Source of the DNA: Burkholderiales bacterium
GTDB taxonomy: Bacteria; Pseudomonadota; Gammaproteobacteria; Burkholderiales; Casimicrobiaceae
Direction of reading: 5' to 3'
NCBI GenBank assembly: GCA_043753585.1
Contig: JAYUWL010000302.1
Span: forward strand, 133 to 64,132
DNA length: 64,000 nt
The translations under genes were made by a program, and so were the position numbers. The first letter of the stretch is position 1. Each line of letters starts with the position of its first letter. This document shows, in pieces, positions 1-8,511 of this stretch. The notes beneath the pieces were generated by a model, which was given only the letters and a program-made list of their open reading frames with translations, was not told the origin of the DNA and ran no database searches.

Positions 1-267
1 AAGCGTACGACACCGACGCCATCATCGAGAGCGCTGGCGCGCTTGGCATGGCCGTCGTGATTCCACCCAAACGCAACCGCAAAGAACAAAGAGACTATGA
101 CCGCCACATCTACAAGCAGCGTCACCTTGTTGAAAATGCCTTCCTGCGAATCAAGGCCTGGCGTGGCATTGCCACGCGATACGCCAAAACTTTGTCCTCA
201 TTTGTCGCTGCCGTACAGATTCGATGCATGGTGCTGTGGCTCAATATCTCGTGACGACACTGTCTAG
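1..267 (+). mobile_element. Right end of an IS5-family (IS427-like) insertion sequence; transposase C-terminus (stop at 254) and right end at CTAG 264-267
   Basis: Translation AYDTDAI...VIPPKRNRK...YKQRHLVENAFLRIKAWRGIATRYAK matches the IS5/IS427 DDE C-terminal signature; ends GACGACACTGTCTAG; runs off the window start. Confidence 0.88.
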
Positions 268-300
268 CCCACGTTAAATTGAGGCTCTACGCAAAAGCTG
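264..300 (-). repeat. 116-bp dyad element, right arm only (IS inserted at its CTAG)
   Basis: Reverse complement CAGCTTTT-gcgtagagcctcaatttaacg-TGGGCTAG, same 37-bp arm geometry as the other copies. Confidence 0.75.
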
Positions 301-323
301 TTAGGTTGTCGAGGTGTTGCTAA

Positions 324-381
324 ATATCCTACGGAACTACTCGGGCTTTCATTTGACTAAATTACTCGGGATTACTATAAT
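324..381 (+). promoter_or_regulatory. isc operon sigma70 promoter with tandem IscR type-1-like sites
   Basis: TTGACT (353-358), 17 bp, TATAAT (376-381); TTTGACTAAATTACTCGGGATT resembles the E. coli iscR operator; a second TACTCGGG half lies upstream. Confidence 0.8.
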
Positions 382-457
382 CAGATCTACACCAGTCAAA
401 TTTTTGCAGCAATGGTTGCGCTCTTTGATCGGTTAAAAAAGCGAGTGCAAAAGCGTC

Positions 458-934
458 ATGAAACTTACCACCAAAGGCCGTTTCGCCGTTACCGCCATGA
501 TCGACGTGGCGCTCTTCAATCATGAAGGGCCGGTCACATTAGCCGAAGTCTCCGCGCGACAGAAAATTTCCCTCTCGTATCTGGAGCAGCTGTTCGGCAA
601 GTTGCGTCGCGCTGGCTTGGTCGAAAGCGTTCGCGGCCCGGGAGGCGGCTATAACCTGGCCAAACCACCGGGCACAATGAGCGTCTCCGACATCATCATC
701 GCAGTCGACGAGCCTATCGACACGACCAGTTGTGGTGGTGAAAAGAATTGCTACGATGACAGCATTTGTCTTACGCATCATCTGTGGGCCAGTCTGAATG
801 CGCACATCTTCACGTACCTGCAAGGCGTGAGCCTGCAATCGTTGGTAGACGACGCCAAAGCACGCAAAAATCCTTCGATTCACATGGTGAAAGACTTGCG
901 CAAGGTTGTCACAGCAGCGGCCTTTGCGGCGTAG
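458..934 (+). CDS. iscR: Fe-S cluster assembly transcription factor IscR
   Basis: [14 protein letters not shown], Rrf2 HTH, three Cys plus His ligands; heads the isc operon. Confidence 0.97.
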   Translation: MKLTTKGRFAVTAMIDVALFNHEGPVTLAEVSARQKISLSYLEQLFGKLRRAGLVESVRGPGGGYNLAKPPGTMSVSDIIIAVDEPIDTTSCGGEKNCYDDSICLTHHLWASLNAHIFTYLQGVSLQSLVDDAKARKNPSIHMVKDLRKVVTAAAFAA

Positions 935-963
935 TTTTTTTGTTTTCCTGTTCTGAAGTTTTT

Positions 964-2175
964 ATGAACCACCTCCCGATTTACATGGACTACAGTTCTA
1001 CGACGCCGGTTGATCCGCGCGTTGCAGCCAAGATGATTCCGTTCCTCACCGAGCATTTCGGAAACCCGGCATCACGCTCGCATGCGTACGGCTGGGAGTC
1101 GGAAGCCGCCGTTGACGAGGCGCGCGAGCAGGTTGCCGCACTCGTCAATTGCGACGCCAAGGAGATCGTCTGGACGTCCGGCGCGACCGAGTCGATCAAC
1201 CTCGCGGTTAAAGGCTCCGCGCAGTTCTACAAAGAAAAAGGCAAGCACCTGATCACGGTGAAGACGGAGCACAAAGCGACGCTTGACACCACGAGAGAGC
1301 TGGAGCGCCAAGGCTTCGAAGTCACGTATCTGGACGTGATGGAGAATGGCCTGATCGACATGAATGTGTTTAAGGCTGCGCTGCGGCCGGACACGATTCT
1401 CGTTTCCATCATGTGGGTGAACAACGAAATTGGCGTGATTCAACCGATTAAAGAAATCGGCGAAATCACGCGAAGCAAAGGCATCATTTTTCACGTTGAC
1501 GCGGCGCAGGCCACGGGCAAAGTTCTGATCGATTTGCAGGATGTGAAGGTTGATTTGCTCAGCATGAGCGCACACAAAACGTACGGACCTAAAGGCATGG
1601 GCGCGTTGTTTGTACGCAAAAAACCGCGCATTCGTCTTGAAGCGCAAATTCACGGCGGTGGTCATGAACGTGGCTTCCGTTCGGGCACGCTGGCGACGCA
1701 TCAGATCGTCGGCATGGGCGAAGCGTTCCGTCTCGCCAAGCTCGAAATGGCTACCGAAAACGAACGCATCCGCATGTTGCGCGACCGCCTGTACAAAGGT
1801 TTGAAGGACATTCCGGAAGTCTTCATCAACGGCGACATGGAGCAACGCGTTCCGCACAATCTGAATATCAGCTTTAACTATGTCGAGGGCGAAAGCCTGA
1901 TCATGGGCGTGAAGGAAATTGCAGTGAGTTCGGGCTCGGCTTGTACGAGTGCGTCGCTGGAACCGAGCTATGTGTTGCGCGCTTTGGGCCGTAGCGATGA
2001 ATTAGCGCACAGCTCGATCCGCATGACGGTGGGGCGTTTCACCACTGAGGAAGATGTTGACACGACGATTGCCACGATGAAACGCACGGTGGAGAAACTG
2101 CGCGCGATGAGCCCTTTGTGGGACATGCATCTGGACGGCGTGGACATCTCACAGGTGCAGTGGGCGGCACATTAG
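964..2175 (+). CDS. iscS: Cysteine desulfurase IscS (start ATG 964, not 766)
   Basis: [39 protein letters not shown]-terminal WAAH. Confidence 0.98.
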   Translation: MNHLPIYMDYSSTTPVDPRVAAKMIPFLTEHFGNPASRSHAYGWESEAAVDEAREQVAALVNCDAKEIVWTSGATESINLAVKGSAQFYKEKGKHLITVKTEHKATLDTTRELERQGFEVTYLDVMENGLIDMNVFKAALRPDTILVSIMWVNNEIGVIQPIKEIGEITRSKGIIFHVDAAQATGKVLIDLQDVKVDLLSMSAHKTYGPKGMGALFVRKKPRIRLEAQIHGGGHERGFRSGTLATHQIVGMGEAFRLAKLEMATENERIRMLRDRLYKGLKDIPEVFINGDMEQRVPHNLNISFNYVEGESLIMGVKEIAVSSGSACTSASLEPSYVLRALGRSDELAHSSIRMTVGRFTTEEDVDTTIATMKRTVEKLRAMSPLWDMHLDGVDISQVQWAAH

Positions 2176-2185
2176 TTTGTTTTTA

Positions 2186-2226
2186 GTCCCCGCTCCGATT
2201 GCAGGAGCGGGTTAGGGTGAGGGGCA
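2186..2226. repeat. Short palindromic intergenic element (CCCCTCACCCTAACCC-type)
   Basis: CCCGCTCC-gattgca-GGAGCGGG hairpin followed by TTAGGGTGAGGGG. Confidence 0.55.
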
Positions 2227-2263
2227 CGTGGCTTGCTCATTCGAAGGTTGAAGAGGTAACAAA

Positions 2264-2653
2264 ATGGCATACAGCGAAAAAGTAGTGGACCACTACGAAA
2301 ACCCCCGCAACGTCGGTGCTTTCGGCAAGGAAGAAGCCGACATCGGCACGGGTATGGTCGGCGCTCCGGCCTGCGGCGACGTCATGAAATTGCAGATCAA
2401 GGTCGGTGCTAATGGCATCATCGAAGACGCGAAATTCAAGACGTACGGCTGCGGTTCAGCGATCGCTTCCAGCTCGCTCGTCACCGAATGGGTTAAAGGC
2501 AAGACGCTGGACGAAGCGATGAACCTGAAGAACACGCAAATCGCCGAAGAGCTCGCGCTGCCACCGGTGAAAATTCACTGCTCGATTCTTGCAGAAGATG
2601 CGATCAAAGCCGCTGTGCTGGATTACAAAGCGAAACGTCCAGTCGCAGTTTAG
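2264..2653 (+). CDS. iscU: Fe-S scaffold IscU
   Basis: MAYSEKVVDHYENPRNVG, GAPACGDVM, LPPVKIHCS. Confidence 0.98.
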   Translation: MAYSEKVVDHYENPRNVGAFGKEEADIGTGMVGAPACGDVMKLQIKVGANGIIEDAKFKTYGCGSAIASSSLVTEWVKGKTLDEAMNLKNTQIAEELALPPVKIHCSILAEDAIKAAVLDYKAKRPVAV

Positions 2654-2662
2654 TAAACGGTC

Positions 2663-2725
2663 GGAGCGGCTTTGCCGCGACCTGAGTTACAGTCGGAAGT
2701 AGGGTCGCGGCACAGCCGCTCCCAC
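2663..2725. repeat. REP doublet (GTAGGAGCGGCTCTGCCGCGA family)
   Basis: GGAGCGGCTTTGCCGCGACC ... GGTCGCGGCACAGCCGCTCC inverted pair. Confidence 0.85.
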
Positions 2726-2746
2726 ATGTCAATGGAGTTTTGAAAC

Positions 2747-3070
2747 ATGTCTGTCACTCTCACCCAAGCCGCCGCCAATCACGTTCAGAAATACATTGCC
2801 AAACGCGGCAAAGGTATTGGCATTCGTCTGGGTGTCAAAACCACGGGCTGTTCCGGACTCGCTTACAAACTTGAGTACGCCGACGATTCACTGCCTGAGG
2901 ACATGGTGTTCGAAAGCTATGGAACCAAGGTCATGATCGACCCTAAAAGCTTCGCCGTGCTCGATGGCACTGAGCTGGATTTTCAGCGCGAAGGGTTAAA
3001 CGAAGGCTTCAAATTCAACAACCCGCGCGAGAAGGCTCGTTGCGGCTGTGGCGAGTCGTTTACCGTCTAG
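2747..3070 (+). CDS. iscA: Fe-S assembly protein IscA
   Basis: GCSGLAY and CGCGESF motifs. Confidence 0.97.
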   Translation: MSVTLTQAAANHVQKYIAKRGKGIGIRLGVKTTGCSGLAYKLEYADDSLPEDMVFESYGTKVMIDPKSFAVLDGTELDFQREGLNEGFKFNNPREKARCGCGESFTV

Positions 3071-3096
3071 GCGGACTTGGCTGAGTGACGTTCCTT

Positions 3097-3158
3097 GCAG
3101 GAACGGCTCTGCCGCGCCGTGACGCTCGTCAAGCGCCTGGTCGCGCCAGAGCCGCTCC
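3097..3158. repeat. REP doublet, degenerate
   Basis: GCAGGAACGGCTCTGCCGCG ... TCGCGCCAGAGCCGCTCC. Confidence 0.78.
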
Positions 3159-3183
3159 AAAAAATATTTATTGACAGGGCCTC

Positions 3184-3696
3184 GTGAGTTACTTCACAAC
3201 CTTCGATCTCCCAGTAACGTTTGCAGTCGACAGCGCGTTGCTCTCCATCCGCTATCGTGACCTGCAAGTGGCCGTTCATCCAGATCGTTTCGTCAATGCC
3301 ACCGACGCAGAGAAGCGCATTGCGATGGAGCGTGCGGTTCAAGTCAACGAGGCGTTCACGACGCTGAAAGACCCGGTTCGTCGTGCGATGCATTTGCTCG
3401 CGCTCGTCAACATCGACGGCATGGACGGAAAAAATACCGTGATGCCGTTGGATTTTTTGGCAGAGCAGATCGAGTGGCGCGAAGCGCTGGCCGATGCCAG
3501 GCTCAAAGAAGACGAAGCGCGTCTCGGAGAGATGTCCCATGAACTCACGGGCATGCTTGCCTCTCTCGGCGACACCTTCGCAGCCGCATACCTTGGCGAG
3601 CACCGTACTGTTGCAACAACGCTAGCCCGCAAAATGCGATTCGTGCAAAAACTCATCGAAGAAGCTGAATCAGCAACCGCTGATTTGGAACAATAG
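3184..3696 (+). CDS. hscB: Co-chaperone HscB
   Basis: J-domain HPD motif; operon position. Confidence 0.95.
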   Translation: MSYFTTFDLPVTFAVDSALLSIRYRDLQVAVHPDRFVNATDAEKRIAMERAVQVNEAFTTLKDPVRRAMHLLALVNIDGMDGKNTVMPLDFLAEQIEWREALADARLKEDEARLGEMSHELTGMLASLGDTFAAAYLGEHRTVATTLARKMRFVQKLIEEAESATADLEQ

Positions 3697-3699
3697 TTA

Positions 3700-5583
3700 A
3701 TGGCATTTCTACAAATCTCCGAACCCGGCGAGAGCCCTGAACCGCACACCCGTCGCCTTGCGGTAGGTATTGATCTCGGCACCACGAACTCGCTTGTCGC
3801 AACGATTCGCAATGCTGTGCCCGACTGTTTACCCGACGGCGAAGGCCGCTCGATGCTGCCATCGGCCGTGCAATATGCCGAAGGTGGAGCCGTCGTTGTC
3901 GGCCATGAAGCGCTGAAACATCGCGGTGACGATGCGCTGAACACCATCACCTCCGTCAAGCGCTTCATGGGACGAAGTGTGGCCGATTTGCGTGCCGACA
4001 CCGAAGCGCGATACAACTTTACGACTCCGAGCGGGGATGGCAAGGGCGCTCTAAAAATCGTGACACGTCAGGGTGCATTGTCACCGATTGAAGTATCCGC
4101 AGATATTCTGAAAGCGCTCAAGGCGCGCGCCGAAGAAAGCCTCGGCGGCGAGTTATACGGCGCAGTGATCACAGTGCCTGCGTACTTTGATGATGCGCAA
4201 CGTCAGGCGACCAAGGATGCTGCGAAGCTTGCGGGCTTGAACGTGCTGCGATTGCTGAACGAGCCCACGGCTGCGGCAGTTGCGTATGGGCTCGACCAGC
4301 ATGTGGAAGGGGTCTATCTCATTTACGATCTGGGCGGCGGTACGTTTGACGTGTCCGTCCTGCGACTGTCGCGCGGCGTGTTCGAAGTGCTTGCCACGGC
4401 GGGCGACACGCATTTGGGCGGCGATGATTTTGACGCAGCCCTGGCGAAACACGCATTTGACACCTGGGCATTAACGCGGGCGCTGTCGCCAACAGGGCAC
4501 GCTAACTTGCTCGCTGCTTCTCGGGCTGCGAAAGAAACGCTGACCAATGCAGACGTCGCCACGGTTCGCGTTGACTGGGGCTGCGGTTTCGACAGCAAGG
4601 TTGATGTCACGCGCAAAAAGTTTTCCGAGCTGACACATCCTTTGGTCGACCGAACGATGAGCGCAGTGAAGCGCACGCTGCGGGATGCCAAGCTCAAAGC
4701 AGAAGAGATTGATGGCGTCGTACTTGTTGGCGGTGCAACGCGCATGCCGCAGGTGCGTGCCGCGCTGGAGGCGCATTTTGGCAAGCCGCCGCTCGCCACG
4801 ATGAACCCCGATGAAGTCGTAGCGCTCGGCGCTGCGATTCAGGCGGATCAGCTGTCGGGCAACAAGTCTGGCGAAGGCGAATCACACCTTCTGCTTGATG
4901 TGATTCCTCTGTCGCTGGGCCTCGAAACGATGGGCGGCCTGGTCGAAAAAATTATCCCGCGCAATTCAACGATTCCCGTCGCCAAAGCGCAGGAATTCAC
5001 GACGTTTAAAGACGGCCAGATTGCGATGGCGCTGCATGTGGTGCAAGGCGAGCGCGAGCTAGTTGCCGATTGCCGGTCACTCGCCCGGTTCGAACTGCGC
5101 GGGATTCCGCCAGTGGTAGCGGGCAGTGCGCGCGTTCGCGTGACGTTTCAGGTTGATGCGGACGGCTTGCTCTCTGTGAGTGCGACCGAAACCACGAGCA
5201 ACGTGCGCGCTGAAGTCACCGTGAAACCAAGCTATGGCCTCGGTGACGGCGAAATCGCGAACATGTTGCAGAGCGCATTTGCGAGCGCGAATACCGACAT
5301 GCAGGCACGCGCGCTGGCTGAGGCTCGGGTTGACGCGTTGGCGCTGGTGACCGCCTTGTCGAACGCGCTGGTTGCAGACCGTGCGCTGCTGAATGCTGGC
5401 GAACATGCGGCGCTTAATTCACAAATTGCGCATCTCAAATCGTTATCCGAAGGCGGCGATCACCGCGCCATCGTGCGCGCGTCCGAGGCGTTGAATTTGG
5501 CCAGCACCGAGTTCGCGGGACGGCGTATGGATCGCGCCGTGCGCGAGGCGCTCACCGGGCGCGACATCGAAAAAATTGTATGA
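3700..5583 (+). CDS. hscA: Chaperone HscA
   Basis: [19 protein letters not shown], Hsp70 motifs. Confidence 0.97.
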   Translation: MAFLQISEPGESPEPHTRRLAVGIDLGTTNSLVATIRNAVPDCLPDGEGRSMLPSAVQYAEGGAVVVGHEALKHRGDDALNTITSVKRFMGRSVADLRADTEARYNFTTPSGDGKGALKIVTRQGALSPIEVSADILKALKARAEESLGGELYGAVITVPAYFDDAQRQATKDAAKLAGLNVLRLLNEPTAAAVAYGLDQHVEGVYLIYDLGGGTFDVSVLRLSRGVFEVLATAGDTHLGGDDFDAALAKHAFDTWALTRALSPTGHANLLAASRAAKETLTNADVATVRVDWGCGFDSKVDVTRKKFSELTHPLVDRTMSAVKRTLRDAKLKAEEIDGVVLVGGATRMPQVRAALEAHFGKPPLATMNPDEVVALGAAIQADQLSGNKSGEGESHLLLDVIPLSLGLETMGGLVEKIIPRNSTIPVAKAQEFTTFKDGQIAMALHVVQGERELVADCRSLARFELRGIPPVVAGSARVRVTFQVDADGLLSVSATETTSNVRAEVTVKPSYGLGDGEIANMLQSAFASANTDMQARALAEARVDALALVTALSNALVADRALLNAGEHAALNSQIAHLKSLSEGGDHRAIVRASEALNLASTEFAGRRMDRAVREALTGRDIEKIV

Positions 5584-5918
5584 CCGTTATTAAAGTCCTT
5601 CCCCATCCCGAGATGTGCCCAAACGGCGCTGAGATCAACGCAGAGAAGGGTATCTCGGTCTGCACTGCGTTGCTGAACAATCACATCGAAATCGAGCACG
5701 CCTGCGACCAGTCGCTCGCCTGTACGACCTGCCATGTCATTGTGCGTGAAGGCTTCGCTTCAACCGGAGAAATGAGCGAGGACGAAGAAGACTTGCTCGA
5801 CCGTGCCTGGGGCTTGACCTCGGTTTCGCGGCTGTCCTGCCAGATGAAAGTGGCGGACACACCGCTGACCATTGAGCTGCCGCGATACACGATTAACCAT
5901 GCGCGGGAGAATCACTGA
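5580..5918 (+). CDS. fdx: ISC 2Fe-2S ferredoxin
   Basis: [13 protein letters not shown] ... SRLSCQ. Confidence 0.96.
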   Translation: MTVIKVLPHPEMCPNGAEINAEKGISVCTALLNNHIEIEHACDQSLACTTCHVIVREGFASTGEMSEDEEDLLDRAWGLTSVSRLSCQMKVADTPLTIELPRYTINHARENH

Positions 5919-6130
5919 TGCCCGCCTCAAACAAGCTCAAATGGACCGACACGCTGGAAATCGCGATTCAATTGTCGGGGGCGTATCCCGATGTTGATCC
6001 CGTGCAATTGCGCTTTACCGATCTCATGGTAAAGGTCTCCGCACTGCCCGAGTTTGACGATGTACCCGAGCGTTGTGGCGAGCGCATTCTGGAGGCAATC
6101 CAGCAGGCGTGGATCGACGAAATCGAGTAG
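5918..6130 (+). CDS. iscX: Fe-S assembly protein IscX
   Basis: LKWTD..EIA...RFTDL...ILEAIQQAWIDE. Confidence 0.95.
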   Translation: MPASNKLKWTDTLEIAIQLSGAYPDVDPVQLRFTDLMVKVSALPEFDDVPERCGERILEAIQQAWIDEIE

Positions 6131-6299
6131 CGCATGCCGAGATCCTGCATCGCGTCGTGAGCCTTTACGCTCTGCAGATCATGCAGGTGCAAGCGACGGA
6201 CGCCTGTTGAAGGCATCGAGTACGTTTGCTCGAAACTCGGGCAGCGTTCTGACGTGCGACAATGTGGTGTAGCCACACCTCGTCGCCGGGATCGAATTT

Positions 6300-7727
6300 T
6301 TGAATCAGCGTGCCATCGTTCTAGTTGCGGCAATTCTCTGCGCCCATGTGTTGTCTGGCTGTGGAGGTGGAACTGCGGATGCGCCCACGTCCGTCTCGCC
6401 TCCCACGGTCGTAGTGCCTCCGTTGGTTCCCGTACGTCAGTGGAGTACCCCATTGCTTGGGCAGACATCGGTCGTCGGGTCTGTTCTGGCCGACACCTGC
6501 AACGGCATTAGCGTGATCGCTGGCCAAGCAAACGGGTGGGTAGCGCAGCGCTTCTTGCCGACCACGGGCTGGCAGGCCGTGATGACAATTGCTCCGGCAA
6601 CGGCTCTCGACGTCCAGCCGCTTAGTGTTGACAATGTTCCGTATCTTTTTTATCGGGATAGCCAGCGTTGGTATCGCGTCAGCTTCGACTGCACCGGGAA
6701 CGTCTGGAAAACGGTCAACGATCTACCGGTCGAATTTGAGGGGCCAACGCTCGCGAACCCAGTGCCGACGCCGGTGGCGATTGCTTTCACGGAAACGTTC
6801 GAGCGTCGCTTGCTCGCCGCGAGCAAATCAATTTCGTCGAGTGGCATCGTTTTGCGCGAAGATCGCGGCAGTGGCTGGAGCGTGACGCAACAGGTATCGA
6901 CGTCAGCAACTCCCTTAAGTGGAAGTGTCTATGTTTTGCGTTCGCTGTATGGCGATGTCGCGGCATTTGGCTCTGCGGACAATACGGAGATAGTCGCATT
7001 TCGGGCAAATTCGTCGACCAGTTTTGCCGATGTTGCCAAATCATCACAATCCGGATGCATGAACCTTTCGCCTCGTTACCCATGCTTTAGGTACACATGG
7101 TACGTCGGACGGCCCCGAATGGAGCTCAACGGAATTATTACGCTACTTCCGGAGGTGCCCGTGTTCCCGCCCGTCGGGCAAAGTTGGTTGTCGGTTCTGC
7201 CAACAGGTCTTGCACCGGTCGGAGCCTTAAACGGTGCAGTCTCTTTCCCGGGCTGGACTGGTGTGTTACGCGCGGACAACGTTTGGCAAACCTATTCGTC
7301 AGGTTCAAATGGTGCCGGACAAGGTCAGATTTTTGAACTGGACGTTCCTGTGGCGTGGACCGCTGCACATGAAACTGAGCTCAAGACCGATCCGACCGGC
7401 ACGACACGGACGTTTGCGAGTCCCGATACAGGGCATCTGGCCACCATGTCATCGTTGACGGCACCAGACGGCGCGGTTCGTCAGACCCTCGCCATCAGTG
7501 ATCGCGCGGCAAGCGGCGTTTGGACGGGCGCTTACGCAACCGACCTCGCCGCGCTTTGGGCGAACTGGACAACTAGGGGTTATCTCGAGGTTCGTAGCGT
7601 AAGAATGTCAGCGTACAGGGCGACTACCGCTGTGCAGTTTATCGTTGGGGAGCGCGTTACGGCCTGGACCGATCCTCAGACCAGCATCAGGTATTACGAC
7701 TCAGCGCCATTCGTGCTCTGGAAATAG
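6300..7727 (+). CDS. Hypothetical lipoprotein
   Basis: 475-aa ORF with signal peptide, LSGC lipobox, GGG and Pro-rich linker; beta-rich body; no family recognised. Confidence 0.75.
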   Translation: MNQRAIVLVAAILCAHVLSGCGGGTADAPTSVSPPTVVVPPLVPVRQWSTPLLGQTSVVGSVLADTCNGISVIAGQANGWVAQRFLPTTGWQAVMTIAPATALDVQPLSVDNVPYLFYRDSQRWYRVSFDCTGNVWKTVNDLPVEFEGPTLANPVPTPVAIAFTETFERRLLAASKSISSSGIVLREDRGSGWSVTQQVSTSATPLSGSVYVLRSLYGDVAAFGSADNTEIVAFRANSSTSFADVAKSSQSGCMNLSPRYPCFRYTWYVGRPRMELNGIITLLPEVPVFPPVGQSWLSVLPTGLAPVGALNGAVSFPGWTGVLRADNVWQTYSSGSNGAGQGQIFELDVPVAWTAAHETELKTDPTGTTRTFASPDTGHLATMSSLTAPDGAVRQTLAISDRAASGVWTGAYATDLAALWANWTTRGYLEVRSVRMSAYRATTAVQFIVGERVTAWTDPQTSIRYYDSAPFVLWK

Positions 7728-7785
7728 ATTGCTGCACGGAGCGGTTGCTCGATGCCAGGATTATGATCGTGACGACAGGGCGCAA

Positions 7786-7901
7786 TAGCTTTTTAATGAA
7801 ACGGCCATTGGATTTGGCCTCAGTTCAAATTTCGTCAGTAGTCGACTTACGATGAAATGGCGTGCTAGCCCCAATGTAATTTAGGCTTCAGCGTAAAGCT
7901 T
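7786..7901. repeat. 116-bp dyad element, full copy A
   Basis: TAGCTTTT..TGGCCTCA / centre AGTC|GACT (7843|7844) / CTAGCCCC..TAAAGCTT. Confidence 0.85.
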
Positions 7902-7909
7902 ATACGACG

Positions 7910-8427
7910 ATGATGACGGATTTGACAACCGAGCCAGAAGTTTTCGACGGTGGATGTACTTGTCGCGCTGATCGCTATCGAATGATGAGCCGACCACTGT
8001 TTGTGAACTGCTGTCATTGCCGTTGGTGTCAGCGCGAAACCGGCACGGCCTTCGCGTTGAACGCGATGATTGAAGCGTATCGCGTGCAGTTGTTGCTGGG
8101 CGATCCGGAAGTTGTGGACACGCCGTCGAACAGCGGCAAGGGGCAGAAAATATCGCGCTGTCCAACTTGTCGTGTCGTGTCGCGGCGTGGAGCAACTATG
8201 CCAAGGCGGGTGATGCGGTGCGATTTGTGCGCGTTGGCACGCTTGATGAGCCGGATCGAATGCCGCCCGACATTCAGATTTTCACGTCAAAGAAGCAGCC
8301 CTGGGTGCAGCTGCCTGCTGACATGCCCGCAGAGCCCGAGTATTACAAACTGTCCGAGCATTGGCCCGAGGAATCGCAGGCGCGCCGTCGCGCGATGACC
8401 GCGCGTAGTGAGCCGCCGCCTGCATGA
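7910..8427 (+). pseudogene. GFA (CENP-V) family protein, frameshifted
   Basis: GGCTC..CHCRWCQR..CPTC in one frame and WSNY...VGTLDEP...IFTSKKQPWV in another; (TGTCG)x3 at 8168-8182. Confidence 0.85.
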
Positions 8428-8440
8428 TGTTGTAGCGGGC

Positions 8441-8469
8441 GAAAAAAAGCCCCGTCTCCGGGGCTTTTT
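8441..8469. terminator. Bidirectional intrinsic terminator
   Basis: AAAAAAAGCCCCG-tctc-CGGGGCTTTTT between convergent genes. Confidence 0.9.
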
Positions 8470-8511
8470 AATGCGCGATTGTCGCGCACTTTCGTGTCCA
8501 AATGACTTTGC

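Noticed and set aside
766-963. N-terminal extension of the IscS ORF
   Set aside because: Overlaps iscR; IscS homology starts at ATG 964.
7786-7901. 116-bp element read as attC, terminator, REP or RNA hairpin
   Set aside because: The arms are complementary only at short motif patches; there are no RYYYAAC/GTTRRRY ends, no GC stem with U-tract and no integrase nearby.
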